Source: Escherichia coli
Lineage (GTDB): Bacteria > Pseudomonadota > Gammaproteobacteria > Enterobacterales > Enterobacteriaceae
Strand: one strand, 5' to 3'
Length of the DNA stretch: 64,000 bases
Assembly: GCF_050920415.1 (NCBI RefSeq)
Contig: NZ_CP169309.1
A program made the translations under genes and the position numbers. The notes below the pieces were generated by a model, which saw nothing but the letters and a program-made list of their open reading frames with translations, ran no database searches and was not told where the DNA came from. Below, piece after piece: positions 45,038 to 53,724 of this stretch (position 1 is its first letter; the number at the start of each line of letters is the position of its first letter).

Positions 45038-45100
45038 TTACCCAACAGGTAAATGCACCTCATAGGTAACTATCCTTGATTTTTGTTACCTTATGGGTGA
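45038..45100. promoter_or_regulatory. Divergent switch region with three operator-like palindromes (45038-45052, 45055-45069, 45086-45100)
   Basis: TTACCCAACAGGTAA, GCACCTCATAGGTAA, TTACCTTATGGGTGA; arrangement reminiscent of OR1-OR3 between cI and cro. Confidence 0.5.
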
Positions 45101-45136
45101 ATATTTATTATCTGAAATAAATATCAGGCAATAGCT

Positions 45137-45367
45137 ATGAGCGATAACGGACATTTCGATTTCAAAAAGCACTGGCTTGCACTTACTCCGGATGAGCGTG
45201 AAGCCTTCGCACAGGAAGCCGGAACGACGAGTCACTATATCCAGACTCACTTAACAGGTAAGCGAAAAATGCCAGGTAAAGTATTGATGAATGGGCTTTT
45301 TAAAGCCTGTAAAACAAGACAATGGCTGCGCTCAAAAGCAGAACTGGCATACTTCTTCTACTCATGA
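45137..45367 (+). CDS. Cro-like / YdaS-type HTH regulator
   Basis: 76 aa; HTH segment FAQEAGTTSHYIQTHLTGKRKMPGKVL; divergent from the CI-like gene. Confidence 0.5.
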   Translation: MSDNGHFDFKKHWLALTPDEREAFAQEAGTTSHYIQTHLTGKRKMPGKVLMNGLFKACKTRQWLRSKAELAYFFYS

Positions 45368-45388
45368 TATCCAGCTACAACCCTCTGT

Positions 45389-45412
45389 AGACCGCCATCC
45401 GGCGGTCTTTTC
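45389..45412 (+). terminator. Hairpin agaccgcc-atcc-ggcggtct followed by tttt
   Basis: Read directly after the cro-like gene stop. Confidence 0.5.
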
Positions 45413-45422
45413 ATATCTATTC

Positions 45423-45437
45423 GTACCTTAAAGGTAA
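45423..45437. promoter_or_regulatory. Palindromic operator-like site GTACCTTAAAGGTAA
   Basis: TTACCT-N3-AGGTAA family, 1 mismatch; upstream of the 45518 gene. Confidence 0.4.
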
Positions 45438-45517
45438 TAAAAAACCAAATCTGGTTGATCTTTTTTTTGTGTCAGCACAAAATAACCGTAATCCCAATAC
45501 TAATAACAGGGCTTACC

Positions 45518-45718
45518 ATGGAAATCATTACACGTATTGATGCCGCAAAGCGCGGACTTAAACGCTACTACACCGGAAAACCATGTAAGCACGGACATGA
45601 CAGTGAACGCTGGGTTTACAACGGACACTGTGTTGAGTGCACCATGGAATCAAACCGTCGCATTAGGGCAGAGATTAAGCAGATCATGATTAATTCCTCC
45701 CCACAACATTCAAGCTGA
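45518..45718 (+). CDS. Small putative zinc-binding phage protein (66 aa)
   Basis: ATG at 45518 within ORF 45455-45718; CKHGH...CVEC motif. Confidence 0.4.
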   Translation: MEIITRIDAAKRGLKRYYTGKPCKHGHDSERWVYNGHCVECTMESNRRIRAEIKQIMINSSPQHSS

Positions 45719-45733
45719 TAGCGGAGATTAATC

Positions 45734-46549
45734 ATGAGCAGACATGCAACAGATTGGGCCTGGGAGACAGATCCAGGCAGCTCATCATTAAAGCTCATAC
45801 TGCTCTCGATGGCTGACAGAGCCGATGAATATAACCTCTGCTACCCCAGCATAGAACGCCTCGTTAAAGACACTTGCCTGAATAAAAAAACCGTGCAGGC
45901 CGGGCTTATATCGCTCATGAAAATGGGGCTTATTTCAGATACCGGAGAGAGAAAGGGAGCGACGAAAAGAGTGCGGGTTTTCTCTCTTAATATAACCAAA
46001 AACGGGAACATTAAAGGCAACCGGGAAGGGAGTAATGAACCCGAAAACGGAAATGTTACCGAAAACGGGAATATACCCAAAAACGGGATGTTGAATGATC
46101 CCAAAAACGGGATGTTGAATGATCCCAAAAACGGGATCCAGAACCAGTCATATAACCAGTCATTTAACCAAGAGAGGGGGAGCAGGACAAAAACCGGGGA
46201 TTCTGTGCCTCATGACCCCGGCGCAAACAACGCCGTGATGAATAACTTTGTTCCTCCTGGTGGGCCAGGGCAATTAGGCAAATTTGTCATGCATGAACAA
46301 TGGCAACCATCAGATGACTTTCTTCGGAAAAGCTCATTGCAGGGAATCTACCTGGACAGTCTGCCAACGGCACAGGAACTTGCAGAGTTCAGAATTTACT
46401 GGATGGCTGAGGGTAAGGCATACCATCAGGCACAGTGGGAGCAGAAGCTGGCAAGGCGGCTGCAGATTAGCAGACAGAAGCAATCAACATTACCTGATAA
46501 CAACGTTCCGCACTGGAACAGCCCTGAAGCGTGGGAGGATTTCTTGTGA
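45734..46549 (+). CDS. Replication initiator, lambda O-like (N-terminal winged-helix domain, internal repeat linker, DnaT-like C-terminus)
   Basis: 271 aa; immediately upstream of and overlapping a clear lambda P homolog; coding sequence contains iteron-like repeats. Confidence 0.65.
   Translation: MSRHATDWAWETDPGSSSLKLILLSMADRADEYNLCYPSIERLVKDTCLNKKTVQAGLISLMKMGLISDTGERKGATKRVRVFSLNITKNGNIKGNREGSNEPENGNVTENGNIPKNGMLNDPKNGMLNDPKNGIQNQSYNQSFNQERGSRTKTGDSVPHDPGANNAVMNNFVPPGGPGQLGKFVMHEQWQPSDDFLRKSSLQGIYLDSLPTAQELAEFRIYWMAEGKAYHQAQWEQKLARRLQISRQKQSTLPDNNVPHWNSPEAWEDFL
45998..46136. repeat. Iteron-like array: six copies of (c/g)aaaacggga including a perfect 24-bp tandem duplication (46078-46101 = 46102-46125); candidate origin inside the O-like gene
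   Basis: Copies at 45998, 46043, 46061, 46078, 46102, 46126, followed by aaccagtcat x2 at 46142-46165. Confidence 0.55.
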
Positions 46550-47331
46550 ACAACGTTTTTACCGCGATACAAAACCGTGACGGAGAAGCCCTTTCTCGCA
46601 TGTCAGGTTATGAGCATCAATACGTCAACAATGACAATGTGGTGAACATGTCAGCAGAGAGGCTTGTTGATGCCCTTTTCAAACAGCTGAAACAACTGTT
46701 TCCGGCGGCAGTAGTAACCAACCTGAAGACGCCAGAGCAGGAAGTTGCTGCAAAACAGCAGTGGATTGCTGCGTTTGCCGAAGGTGGGATCCGAACCCGT
46801 GAACAGGTTTCTGCTGGTATGCGCCACGCTCGCGCCAGTGAGTCTCCGTTCTGGCCGTCGCCAGGGCAATTCATCAAGTGGTGTAAAGACAGCAAGATGG
46901 TTCTTGGCGTCACCATTGACGATGTGATGGCGGAGTTTCACCGGTACAGCAAGGAAAAAAGTTTATATCCTGGTGGTCCCGAAAGATTCCCGTGGCGACA
47001 TCCGGTTATGTACTGGGTCGTATGTGATACCCGCCGTGCAATGTATCAGCGCCAGCTTAGCGAGATTGAGGTTGAGAAACACGCGCGCAGGCTGCTCGAT
47101 GATTGGGCGAAAAAGGTGGCTTCCGGACAGCAGATACCCGATCCGGTGATCAGCATACAGGCAAAGCCAGAGCCCATGAGTACGCCTCCGGACACAGGGA
47201 GAGACGTTTACCATCCACCAGGGCGAAGTTTCGGGTGTATGCCTAACGCCGCCACCCTGGGGGGAATAACACCGGCGCAGTGGCTAATGGAGGAATACAG
47301 GCGGGGAAAGGCGGCAGGATTTATCAAGTAA
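46546..47331 (+). CDS. Replication protein P (lambda P-like helicase loader)
   Basis: Matches lambda P core (QWIAAFAEGGIRTREQVSAGMRHARASESPFWPSPGQFIKWCK vs lambda QWVLAFRENGITTMEQVNAGMRVARRQNRPFLPSPGQFVAWCR); GTG at 46546 with RBS gggagga, overlapping the O-like stop. Confidence 0.8.
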   Translation: MNNVFTAIQNRDGEALSRMSGYEHQYVNNDNVVNMSAERLVDALFKQLKQLFPAAVVTNLKTPEQEVAAKQQWIAAFAEGGIRTREQVSAGMRHARASESPFWPSPGQFIKWCKDSKMVLGVTIDDVMAEFHRYSKEKSLYPGGPERFPWRHPVMYWVVCDTRRAMYQRQLSEIEVEKHARRLLDDWAKKVASGQQIPDPVISIQAKPEPMSTPPDTGRDVYHPPGRSFGCMPNAATLGGITPAQWLMEEYRRGKAAGFIK

Positions 47332-47368
47332 TACCAGCGCGATAGCGCATTTTTTTACGTCTCAATAA

Positions 47369-47445
47369 TTACCTATAAGGTAACAAAATATTCTAAACTC
47401 TATTGATTTAGTGTCTTATGTGGTTTTTAATTACCTCAGAGGTAA
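47369..47445. promoter_or_regulatory. Two perfect operator-like palindromes TTACCTATAAGGTAA (47369-47383) and TTACCTCAGAGGTAA (47431-47445) flanking a putative promoter
   Basis: Perfect matches to TTACCT-N3-AGGTAA; the second ends 3 bp before the ATG at 47449. Confidence 0.5.
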
Positions 47446-47448
47446 ATC

Positions 47449-47796
47449 ATGAGAAAACAGATACAGGCTCTTGGTCGACTCAAAACAGGCCAGATGAACA
47501 AAACAGAATCTGCGTATTGCCAGCACCTTGAGCAGCGTAAACGTGCAGGGGAAATCGCCTGGTATCGATTCGAGGGTATCAAGCTGCGGTTAGCTGACAA
47601 CACGTTCTATACGCCCGATTTCGCTGTGATGCTCGCCACCGGCGAGATGGAGCTGCACGAAGTGAAAGGGGGATTCTGGACCGATGACGCCAGAGTGAAA
47701 ACCAAAGTCGCCGCAGATCAGTATCCGTTCCGAATCATCGGGGTAACGGTTAAGCCAAAGAAAGCAGGTGGTGGCTGGAACATCGAAGAGTTCTGA
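47449..47796 (+). CDS. DUF1064-like phage protein (putative nucleic-acid-binding/nuclease-like)
   Basis: 115 aa; motifs GEIAWYRFEG...YTPDF...HEVKGG recalled for DUF1064. Confidence 0.5.
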   Translation: MRKQIQALGRLKTGQMNKTESAYCQHLEQRKRAGEIAWYRFEGIKLRLADNTFYTPDFAVMLATGEMELHEVKGGFWTDDARVKTKVAADQYPFRIIGVTVKPKKAGGGWNIEEF

Positions 47797-47857
47797 ATCG
47801 ACGATCTTTTTAGTTATCAATGTAATCAATAAGTTATGTGGATAAGCGAGGGTAAAG

Positions 47858-48697
47858 ATGGAAAGTAATATCAAAGGGTTAGTTTCCGCCGGGCATGAGA
47901 TGGCTTCGGAACTGAAAGCAGAATGTGGTGCCGTTGATATGCGCAGTGTGGCAAAGCTGATCAGCGATTTGGCAACGCAACTGGAAGTGCAACTGGTGCG
48001 TGCTAATGCGCAGGACGAAGACAACCAGAGAGCCATTGAGTCAATTAAACAGGCTGATTCGGCTGTTAAGTTGGCACACGAGAAGTTTTCGGCGCTGGCG
48101 GCGAAACGTGCAATTCCAGCAATGGAACGCCTGTTAATGTTGCCAGCTGATGATGATTTGTTAAGTGAACAGGAACTTAAAGATTACGGTGTGGATATTG
48201 ATGCGCTCAACGCCTTCAAATTTCTGGCCGGACCAGAAACCGTGCTGGCACTACTGGATGAACGGGAAAGAAACCAGCAATACATCAAACGCCGTGACCA
48301 GGAGAACGAGGATATTGCGCTAACGGTAGGGAAGCTGAGAGTTGAGCTTGAGGAAGCAAAATCAAAACTCAACGAGCAGCGTGAGTATTACGAAGGTGTT
48401 ATCTCGGATGGAAGTAAGCGCATAGCAGAACTGGAAGCGCGGGAAATAAAACCAGCCAAAGGTGAAGTTCTGGTCGTTGTATCTGGTTTTACTGGTTGCG
48501 GAAAAAGCGCCATTGCCGGGGAAATAGAAATCGCGATGAAGGCTATTGGTGTACCGGTTAAGTGGACTAATGGCGATGCAGAAAAGCGCATGACTGGCGC
48601 TGACTGGCTGACTGCGATTGAGATGTACAAACCAACTGTGCGCATCGTGGAAGTTAATGTGCCCCGCGCCGCTGGCATTCGCATCAAAGGAAAGTGA
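47858..48697 (+). CDS. Hypothetical phage protein (279 aa), coiled-coil N-terminus plus globular C-terminus; possibly Ea22-like
   Basis: ORF with good coding character; family assignment not secure. Confidence 0.5.
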   Translation: MESNIKGLVSAGHEMASELKAECGAVDMRSVAKLISDLATQLEVQLVRANAQDEDNQRAIESIKQADSAVKLAHEKFSALAAKRAIPAMERLLMLPADDDLLSEQELKDYGVDIDALNAFKFLAGPETVLALLDERERNQQYIKRRDQENEDIALTVGKLRVELEEAKSKLNEQREYYEGVISDGSKRIAELEAREIKPAKGEVLVVVSGFTGCGKSAIAGEIEIAMKAIGVPVKWTNGDAEKRMTGADWLTAIEMYKPTVRIVEVNVPRAAGIRIKGK

Positions 48698-48698
48698 T

Positions 48699-48920
48699 AT
48701 GGCTAACTCATTACTTGAAACCTGCAACAACTGGCAGATTCAGAGGGCGGAGATTTTATCTCGCAATCCAGATATGGCAATGACAATCGATAATCTGGAT
48801 ACGCTAATTGAACGTACCGTGCGTTCTGCAATTGATATAGCACGTCGAGTTGACTGGGATTTCAGAGAAGCGGAGCGGCTTGCTAAAGAGCAGGAGAAAG
48901 CAGCGGGTAAAGGAGACTGA
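48699..48920 (+). CDS. Hypothetical phage protein (73 aa)
   Basis: ATG at 48699 directly after the previous stop, within ORF 48618-48920. Confidence 0.4.
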   Translation: MANSLLETCNNWQIQRAEILSRNPDMAMTIDNLDTLIERTVRSAIDIARRVDWDFREAERLAKEQEKAAGKGD

Positions 48921-48921
48921 T

Positions 48922-49119
48922 ATGGATAAAAACACCACTGCTTACTGGAATCTGTCACTTGATACCGAATGCCCAAAATGCGGTCACAATTTCGATCTGC
49001 TTTGTGATGCTGATTTCTGGGAGTTTTCTGGAGCTAAACAGGCATGTGAAGAAATAAAAGGTTACGAAACATGCTGTCCAGAATGTAACCATGAATTTAA
49101 AACAGATTTCGTGTATTGA
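48922..49119 (+). CDS. Small zinc-ribbon protein (65 aa)
   Basis: CPKCGH...CCPECNH motif; ATG at 48922 abutting the previous stop. Confidence 0.4.
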   Translation: MDKNTTAYWNLSLDTECPKCGHNFDLLCDADFWEFSGAKQACEEIKGYETCCPECNHEFKTDFVY

Positions 49120-49129
49120 GGCATAACAA

Positions 49130-49915
49130 ATGACCACTATTACCAGAGAACAGGCACAGAAAATTATTGAAGCAGCCGATGAGGTTATTAGTGCGCTGGC
49201 CGGAACTAACGAGGATGTTCACCCTGGTAGCGATAACATGCTACGCCTGTGGGATGACCTGAATGACCGTTACGCGCCGCCGGAAGTTGTGCGTGAGCTG
49301 GCGCGTATCGTGCTGGCATCGCTGGAAGCAGAACCAGTTGCTTATATTTTCAAACATCCGGCCGGGAAATTATTCTGGGCTTTAACGGATGAAAGCAATA
49401 AAGAGCAAGCGGACGTTATTCCTGTTTATGCTGCCGCGCCTGCGTCGGTTGTGCCGGATGATGCATCAGGGTCGCTTGCTTATGCTTACAAAGAGCTTAC
49501 GCCTGAGATTATGCGCGGTCATATCGCTGTATTCGAGCGATATGGAATAGCCCCAAACGATAGCATTACCACAATTCAGGCACTGCGAATCGCGCTGGAT
49601 GGCATAGAGCGGAGCGACGCCATGCTTCATGGTGCCGAACCCGTAAGCCAAACTTACAAGTTGAACGAGCTATCTGGCAACTATCCGGCAACTCCGGATA
49701 GTTGGATAAGCTGTAGTGAGCGAATGCCGGAAAAGAACAAGAACGTGCTTATTTCGGTGAATTTCGACAGCTCTCTGGTTGAACCGCTAATATGCTCCGC
49801 ACGCTATACCGGAAGCACATTCCGGCGAGGAGAAGCAACGATTAAGCCGGGTAATGGTATTGAGCAGGCAACTCACTGGATGCCGCTACCGGAACCGCCG
49901 CAGGAGGTGAAGTAA
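49130..49915 (+). CDS. Phage protein with C-terminal DUF551-like domain
   Basis: 261 aa; C-terminal WISCSERMPE...ATHWMPLPEPP typical of DUF551. Confidence 0.5.
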   Translation: MTTITREQAQKIIEAADEVISALAGTNEDVHPGSDNMLRLWDDLNDRYAPPEVVRELARIVLASLEAEPVAYIFKHPAGKLFWALTDESNKEQADVIPVYAAAPASVVPDDASGSLAYAYKELTPEIMRGHIAVFERYGIAPNDSITTIQALRIALDGIERSDAMLHGAEPVSQTYKLNELSGNYPATPDSWISCSERMPEKNKNVLISVNFDSSLVEPLICSARYTGSTFRRGEATIKPGNGIEQATHWMPLPEPPQEVK

Positions 49916-50037
49916 TGAACAAGTGCAACGCTCTGCTTTATGCCATGGTGATTGGTTTCGGCCTGGCTGCTGGTATCCGGGTTTATATTGCCTGGGAGTC
50001 ATTAATCAATCTGGCGTGGAGTGCGATTCGTGGCTAA
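49915..50037 (+). CDS. Small hydrophobic protein (40 aa)
   Basis: MNKCNALLYAMVIGFGLAAGIRVYIAWESLINLAWSAIRG; ATG overlaps upstream stop (taATG); not in ORF track. Confidence 0.3.
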   Translation: MNKCNALLYAMVIGFGLAAGIRVYIAWESLINLAWSAIRG

Positions 50038-50368
50038 ATCCCCCGCAGAACGCAAAGCCGCGCAGCGCGCTCGGCAGTCCGCCGCCGGTGAGCGCAAAAT
50101 TGAACTGGTGCTGGATAAGCAGGAGCAGGAAATGCTGGAGCGTAACTGTGCCGCCCGTCGCCCTGGTCGTGCGCCGTATGAAATGAGCGAATACATCGCG
50201 TTACTGATCCGCCAGGATGATGCACGCGTGCGCGGGCGTATAAAATCGATCAGCAGAAAACGTTGCGGTAAGTGCGGCGAGAGAGTTCCAGTTAATTCAT
50301 GCCCGTGTAATGGTGACTCGCAATGCTGGGTGACTAAAGGCTGGCATGAAACGAAATTAATAGTGTGA
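50021..50368 (+). CDS. Hypothetical Cys-rich protein preceding terminase (start uncertain)
   Basis: 115-aa ORF with GTG start; CGKCGERVPVNSCPC motif; alternative ATG starts at 50132 or 50180. Confidence 0.35.
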   Translation: MRFVAKSPAERKAAQRARQSAAGERKIELVLDKQEQEMLERNCAARRPGRAPYEMSEYIALLIRQDDARVRGRIKSISRKRCGKCGERVPVNSCPCNGDSQCWVTKGWHETKLIV

Positions 50369-50486
50369 CATGTCACGAGTAGATTATGCATGATGAATTT
50401 GATGGATTTTGAATACTGCCGCCAACTATGGCGGCTTTATTTTGCATGGTACTATTACCACAACGGTAACTATTACCACGGTGGTT

Positions 50487-51083
50487 ATGATGCCTGCTGA
50501 ACCTAAAACCTATAAACGCAAATCAACGCAATTTAAGCCGCTCACAGCAATGCAGGAGGCTTATTGCCAGTCATACATCAAAACGCCTGAAAACCAGACT
50601 CAGGCAGCGATTAACGCAGGATTCTCCCCAAACACAGCGGCAGTTAAAGCCAGTGTCATGATGCGCGATGAACGCATTCAGAAACGGATTGCCGAGTTGA
50701 TGGAGGAGCGCAACAAACGAATGCGCGTCAGTGCTGATTACGTTCTCATGCGCCTGGTGGAGATCGACCAGATGGACGTGATCGACATCCTCAACGACGA
50801 TGGGAGCCTTAAACCAATCCGTGAGTGGCCGAAAATCTGGCGCACTACGCTTAGTGGCTTTGATCTGTCGTCGACCATCATGAACATGAACGAGGATTCG
50901 ATAGAGACAATCCTCAAAAAAATTAAATGGCCTGACAAGGTGAAGAACCTTGAGCTGATTGGTAAGCATGTTGATGTCAACGCGTTCAAAGAACGTCTGG
51001 ATGTTAATGTGAATGTGACAATTGCTGATCGCATAGCAGCAGCCAGGAAGCGACTCAAAGAACGTCAGGATGGTAATCAGTGA
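50487..51083 (+). CDS. Terminase small subunit
   Basis: ORF 50409-51083; start at MMPAEPK; position directly upstream of and overlapping terminase large subunit. Confidence 0.6.
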   Translation: MMPAEPKTYKRKSTQFKPLTAMQEAYCQSYIKTPENQTQAAINAGFSPNTAAVKASVMMRDERIQKRIAELMEERNKRMRVSADYVLMRLVEIDQMDVIDILNDDGSLKPIREWPKIWRTTLSGFDLSSTIMNMNEDSIETILKKIKWPDKVKNLELIGKHVDVNAFKERLDVNVNVTIADRIAAARKRLKERQDGNQ

Positions 51084-52555
51084 CAGATACAGCGTTATCT
51101 CCTGAAGAGCAGTTGATCGAGGATATTGCAGGGTTCACTCACGATCCGCTTGGCTATGCCCTCTATGCGTTCCCGTGGGGGGAAGAAGGGACTGAACTGG
51201 CACATGCTACCGGCCCACGTCAGTGGCAGGCTGATGCGTTCCGAGAGATACGTGATCACCTGCAGAATCCAGCGACGCGCTATCAGCCGCTTATGCTGGC
51301 ACGCGCTTCTGGTCACGGTATTGGTAAATCCGCATTCATCTCAATGCTGATCAACTGGGGCATGTCCACTTGCGAGGATTGTAAGGTCGTGGTGACCGCC
51401 AACACCGACAACCAGCTACGAACGAAGACCTGGCCGGAAATTATCAAGTGGTCGAACCTTGCTATCACGAAAGACTGGTTTACCTGTACCGCTACCGCGA
51501 TGTACAGCAATGATCCTGGGCACGACAAGCGGTGGCGAGCTGACGCAATCCCCTGGTCTGAGCACAACACTGAGGCATTCGCCGGACTACACAACGAGCG
51601 CAAACGCATCATCGTGGTATTCGATGAAGCGTCGAACATTGCGGATCTGGTGTGGGAAGTTGCTGAGGGTGCGCTTACGGACGAAGACACTGAGATTATC
51701 TGGGTGGCGTTCGGAAACCCTACACGTAACACCGGGCGTTTCCGCGAATGTTTCCGCAAATATAAACACCGCTGGAAAACTGCGCAGATTGACAGCCGGA
51801 CGGTGGAAGGCACTAACAAACAGCAGTTGCAGAAATGGGTTGATGACTACGGGGAAGACAGCGACTTCGTTAAAATCCGTGTGCGCGGCATATTCCCGGA
51901 TGCATCTGAATTGCAGTTTATCCCTACCGGACTTACTGACGAGGCAATGAAACGGGTGGTAACCGCTGCGCAGGTTGCACATGCTCCGGTGATAATCGGC
52001 GTTGACCCGGCATACTCCGGCGTTGATGACGCTGTGATATACCTGCGGCAGGGGCTGCATAGTAAGGTGCTGTGGACCGGCAACAAGACCACTGATGATC
52101 TGATTATGGCGAAGCGTATCGCTGACTTTGAAGACCAGTATCAGGCTGACGCGGTGTTCATCGACTTCGGTTACGGTACCGGGCTGAAGTCAATCGGTGA
52201 CGGTTGGGGGCGCACATGGCAACTTGTTCCGTTCGGTGGCGCGTCTACTGACCCGCAGATGCTCAACAAGCGTGGGGAGATGTTCAACTCATGCAAGACA
52301 TGGCTGAGGCTGGGCGGCATGCTGGATGACCAGGAAACAGCGGACGACCTGTCGGCGGCAGAGTACAAAGTTCGAGTGGACGGTAAAATCGTTATCGAAC
52401 CGAAGGAAGATATCAAGGAGCGGCTTGGGCGTTCGCCGGGTAAAGGCGATGCGCTACTGCTGACGTTTGCGTTCCCTGTGTCTAAGCGTCTGCGAATTCC
52501 CGGGCAGCAGAACCAGCAAGGCAAGGCCATTACAGATTACGATCCCTATGCTTAA
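51080..52555 (+). CDS. Terminase large subunit
   Basis: 491 aa; ATPase domain (Walker A-like ASGHGIGKS, Walker B VVFDEAS) and nuclease domain. Confidence 0.85.
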   Translation: MTDTALSPEEQLIEDIAGFTHDPLGYALYAFPWGEEGTELAHATGPRQWQADAFREIRDHLQNPATRYQPLMLARASGHGIGKSAFISMLINWGMSTCEDCKVVVTANTDNQLRTKTWPEIIKWSNLAITKDWFTCTATAMYSNDPGHDKRWRADAIPWSEHNTEAFAGLHNERKRIIVVFDEASNIADLVWEVAEGALTDEDTEIIWVAFGNPTRNTGRFRECFRKYKHRWKTAQIDSRTVEGTNKQQLQKWVDDYGEDSDFVKIRVRGIFPDASELQFIPTGLTDEAMKRVVTAAQVAHAPVIIGVDPAYSGVDDAVIYLRQGLHSKVLWTGNKTTDDLIMAKRIADFEDQYQADAVFIDFGYGTGLKSIGDGWGRTWQLVPFGGASTDPQMLNKRGEMFNSCKTWLRLGGMLDDQETADDLSAAEYKVRVDGKIVIEPKEDIKERLGRSPGKGDALLLTFAFPVSKRLRIPGQQNQQGKAITDYDPYA

Positions 52556-52645
52556 TCCGTTAGCGGGGATAATGACGGAGATATCCTCTGGTGAGGATAA
52601 AACAAAGCCAGCTCATCGGCTGGCTGTTTGTGACATGTCACGGTG

Positions 52646-53017
52646 TTATTGCTCGCTTAACTTCTGCTTCAGCAAGTAACCTTCAAGCATCCAGATTTTG
52701 TTTACAGCATTCTGCCGGGCAATCTTCCGACCAATTTCCGCATCAAAGTTTTCCGGGCTTGCACAGGCGCTCTCTCCGGTGACGGTGAAGCCATTGCGCA
52801 GCACCAGAACGCAGAACGTCAGCAGAGAAAGTGATTCGTGCGGCTGGTAGTTTACCTCTCCGCCAGTATGTTTCGCTTTTATGGCTACGCCAAAGATACC
52901 ATCTTCTGCTGTGAAATATGCCTCCTGAGCAATAATACTCTCGATATGGTCTGGCGTAACGCGCGGCGCGGCTAAACCTTTAGCCTGAATTTCAGATTCA
53001 ATGTCTTTGTCACTCAT
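52646..53017 (-). CDS. Hypothetical protein on opposite strand within late region (possibly Gp49/Sf6-gp66-like)
   Basis: 123 aa; antisense to surrounding late operon and adjacent to tRNA; moron-like placement. Confidence 0.5.
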   Translation of the reverse strand: MSDKDIESEIQAKGLAAPRVTPDHIESIIAQEAYFTAEDGIFGVAIKAKHTGGEVNYQPHESLSLLTFCVLVLRNGFTVTGESACASPENFDAEIGRKIARQNAVNKIWMLEGYLLKQKLSEQ

Positions 53018-53221
53018 AGTCTAATCTCACCTTAAAAAAATGCCCGGCGAACCGGGCGAACTGGAAGCAATGAGTTATGCCTTCCGTGGCTGTACTGGTT
53101 TACAGCATGAAGCCATCGCAATGGCGTCCTGCTGTAAAAAGGGCGGTGATAGTCCTTCAAGGGAAACCATCACCGCCAAGCCCCTGGAACTTCTGGCATC
53201 ACGGTCCTTAGGCGTGATTCT

Positions 53222-53298
53222 GGCGTGGCATGCAGGATTCGAACCTGCGACCGACCGCTTAGAAGGCGGTTGCTCTGTCCAACTGAGCTAATGCCACA
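53222..53298 (-). tRNA. tRNA-Arg (anticodon UCU), argU-like, prophage-encoded
   Basis: Folded by hand: acceptor GTGGCAT/ATGCCAC, D-arm GCTC..GAGC, anticodon stem ACCGC/GCGGT with loop CTTCTAA, T-arm GCAGG-TTCGAAT-CCTGC, discriminator G, CCA. Confidence 0.8.
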
Positions 53299-53619
53299 AC
53301 GCTGAGAGCACTTAGCCTGTTAAGGCGCCACACTTTGTCGCGGCTCCATAAATGCTCTCATCGTTGCACCCTCGTCTCTTCCGAGGCGTCACACCGAATC
53401 GCCGGGATGGTGAATCCCCGTGCGCGGAATAAAACCGCTCGACTTGCACATTCCGGCTACCTGGTTCGTTTGCCCGAGCAAGGGAGGGTGCCCATTAAAC
53501 GTATCCAGACCGCTATCGGCGCATGTGCCATACGCCGTACTGCTCAAAATAAAATCTCACTCCACCTGTTCAATTTAACGACAAGCCAGTCAGGTTAATA
53601 ACAGGAATGCACTCTCTGC

Positions 53620-53634
53620 TTACCTGAAAGGTAA
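53620..53634. promoter_or_regulatory. Perfect operator-like palindrome TTACCTGAAAGGTAA upstream of late structural genes
   Basis: Perfect match to TTACCT-N3-AGGTAA, about 90 bp upstream of the 53725 ORF. Confidence 0.45.
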
Positions 53635-53724
53635 TAATTCGTGCGTTAAATGTCAACTGTCTACGATAAATAAATCATATGTGGTTAAATTGGTAATAAT
53701 TTAATTGCGTACGGAGTCATTGAT

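Noticed and set aside
53040-53291. 83-aa plus-strand ORF
   Set aside because: Overlaps the minus-strand tRNA-Arg, which has a convincing cloverleaf; no RBS.
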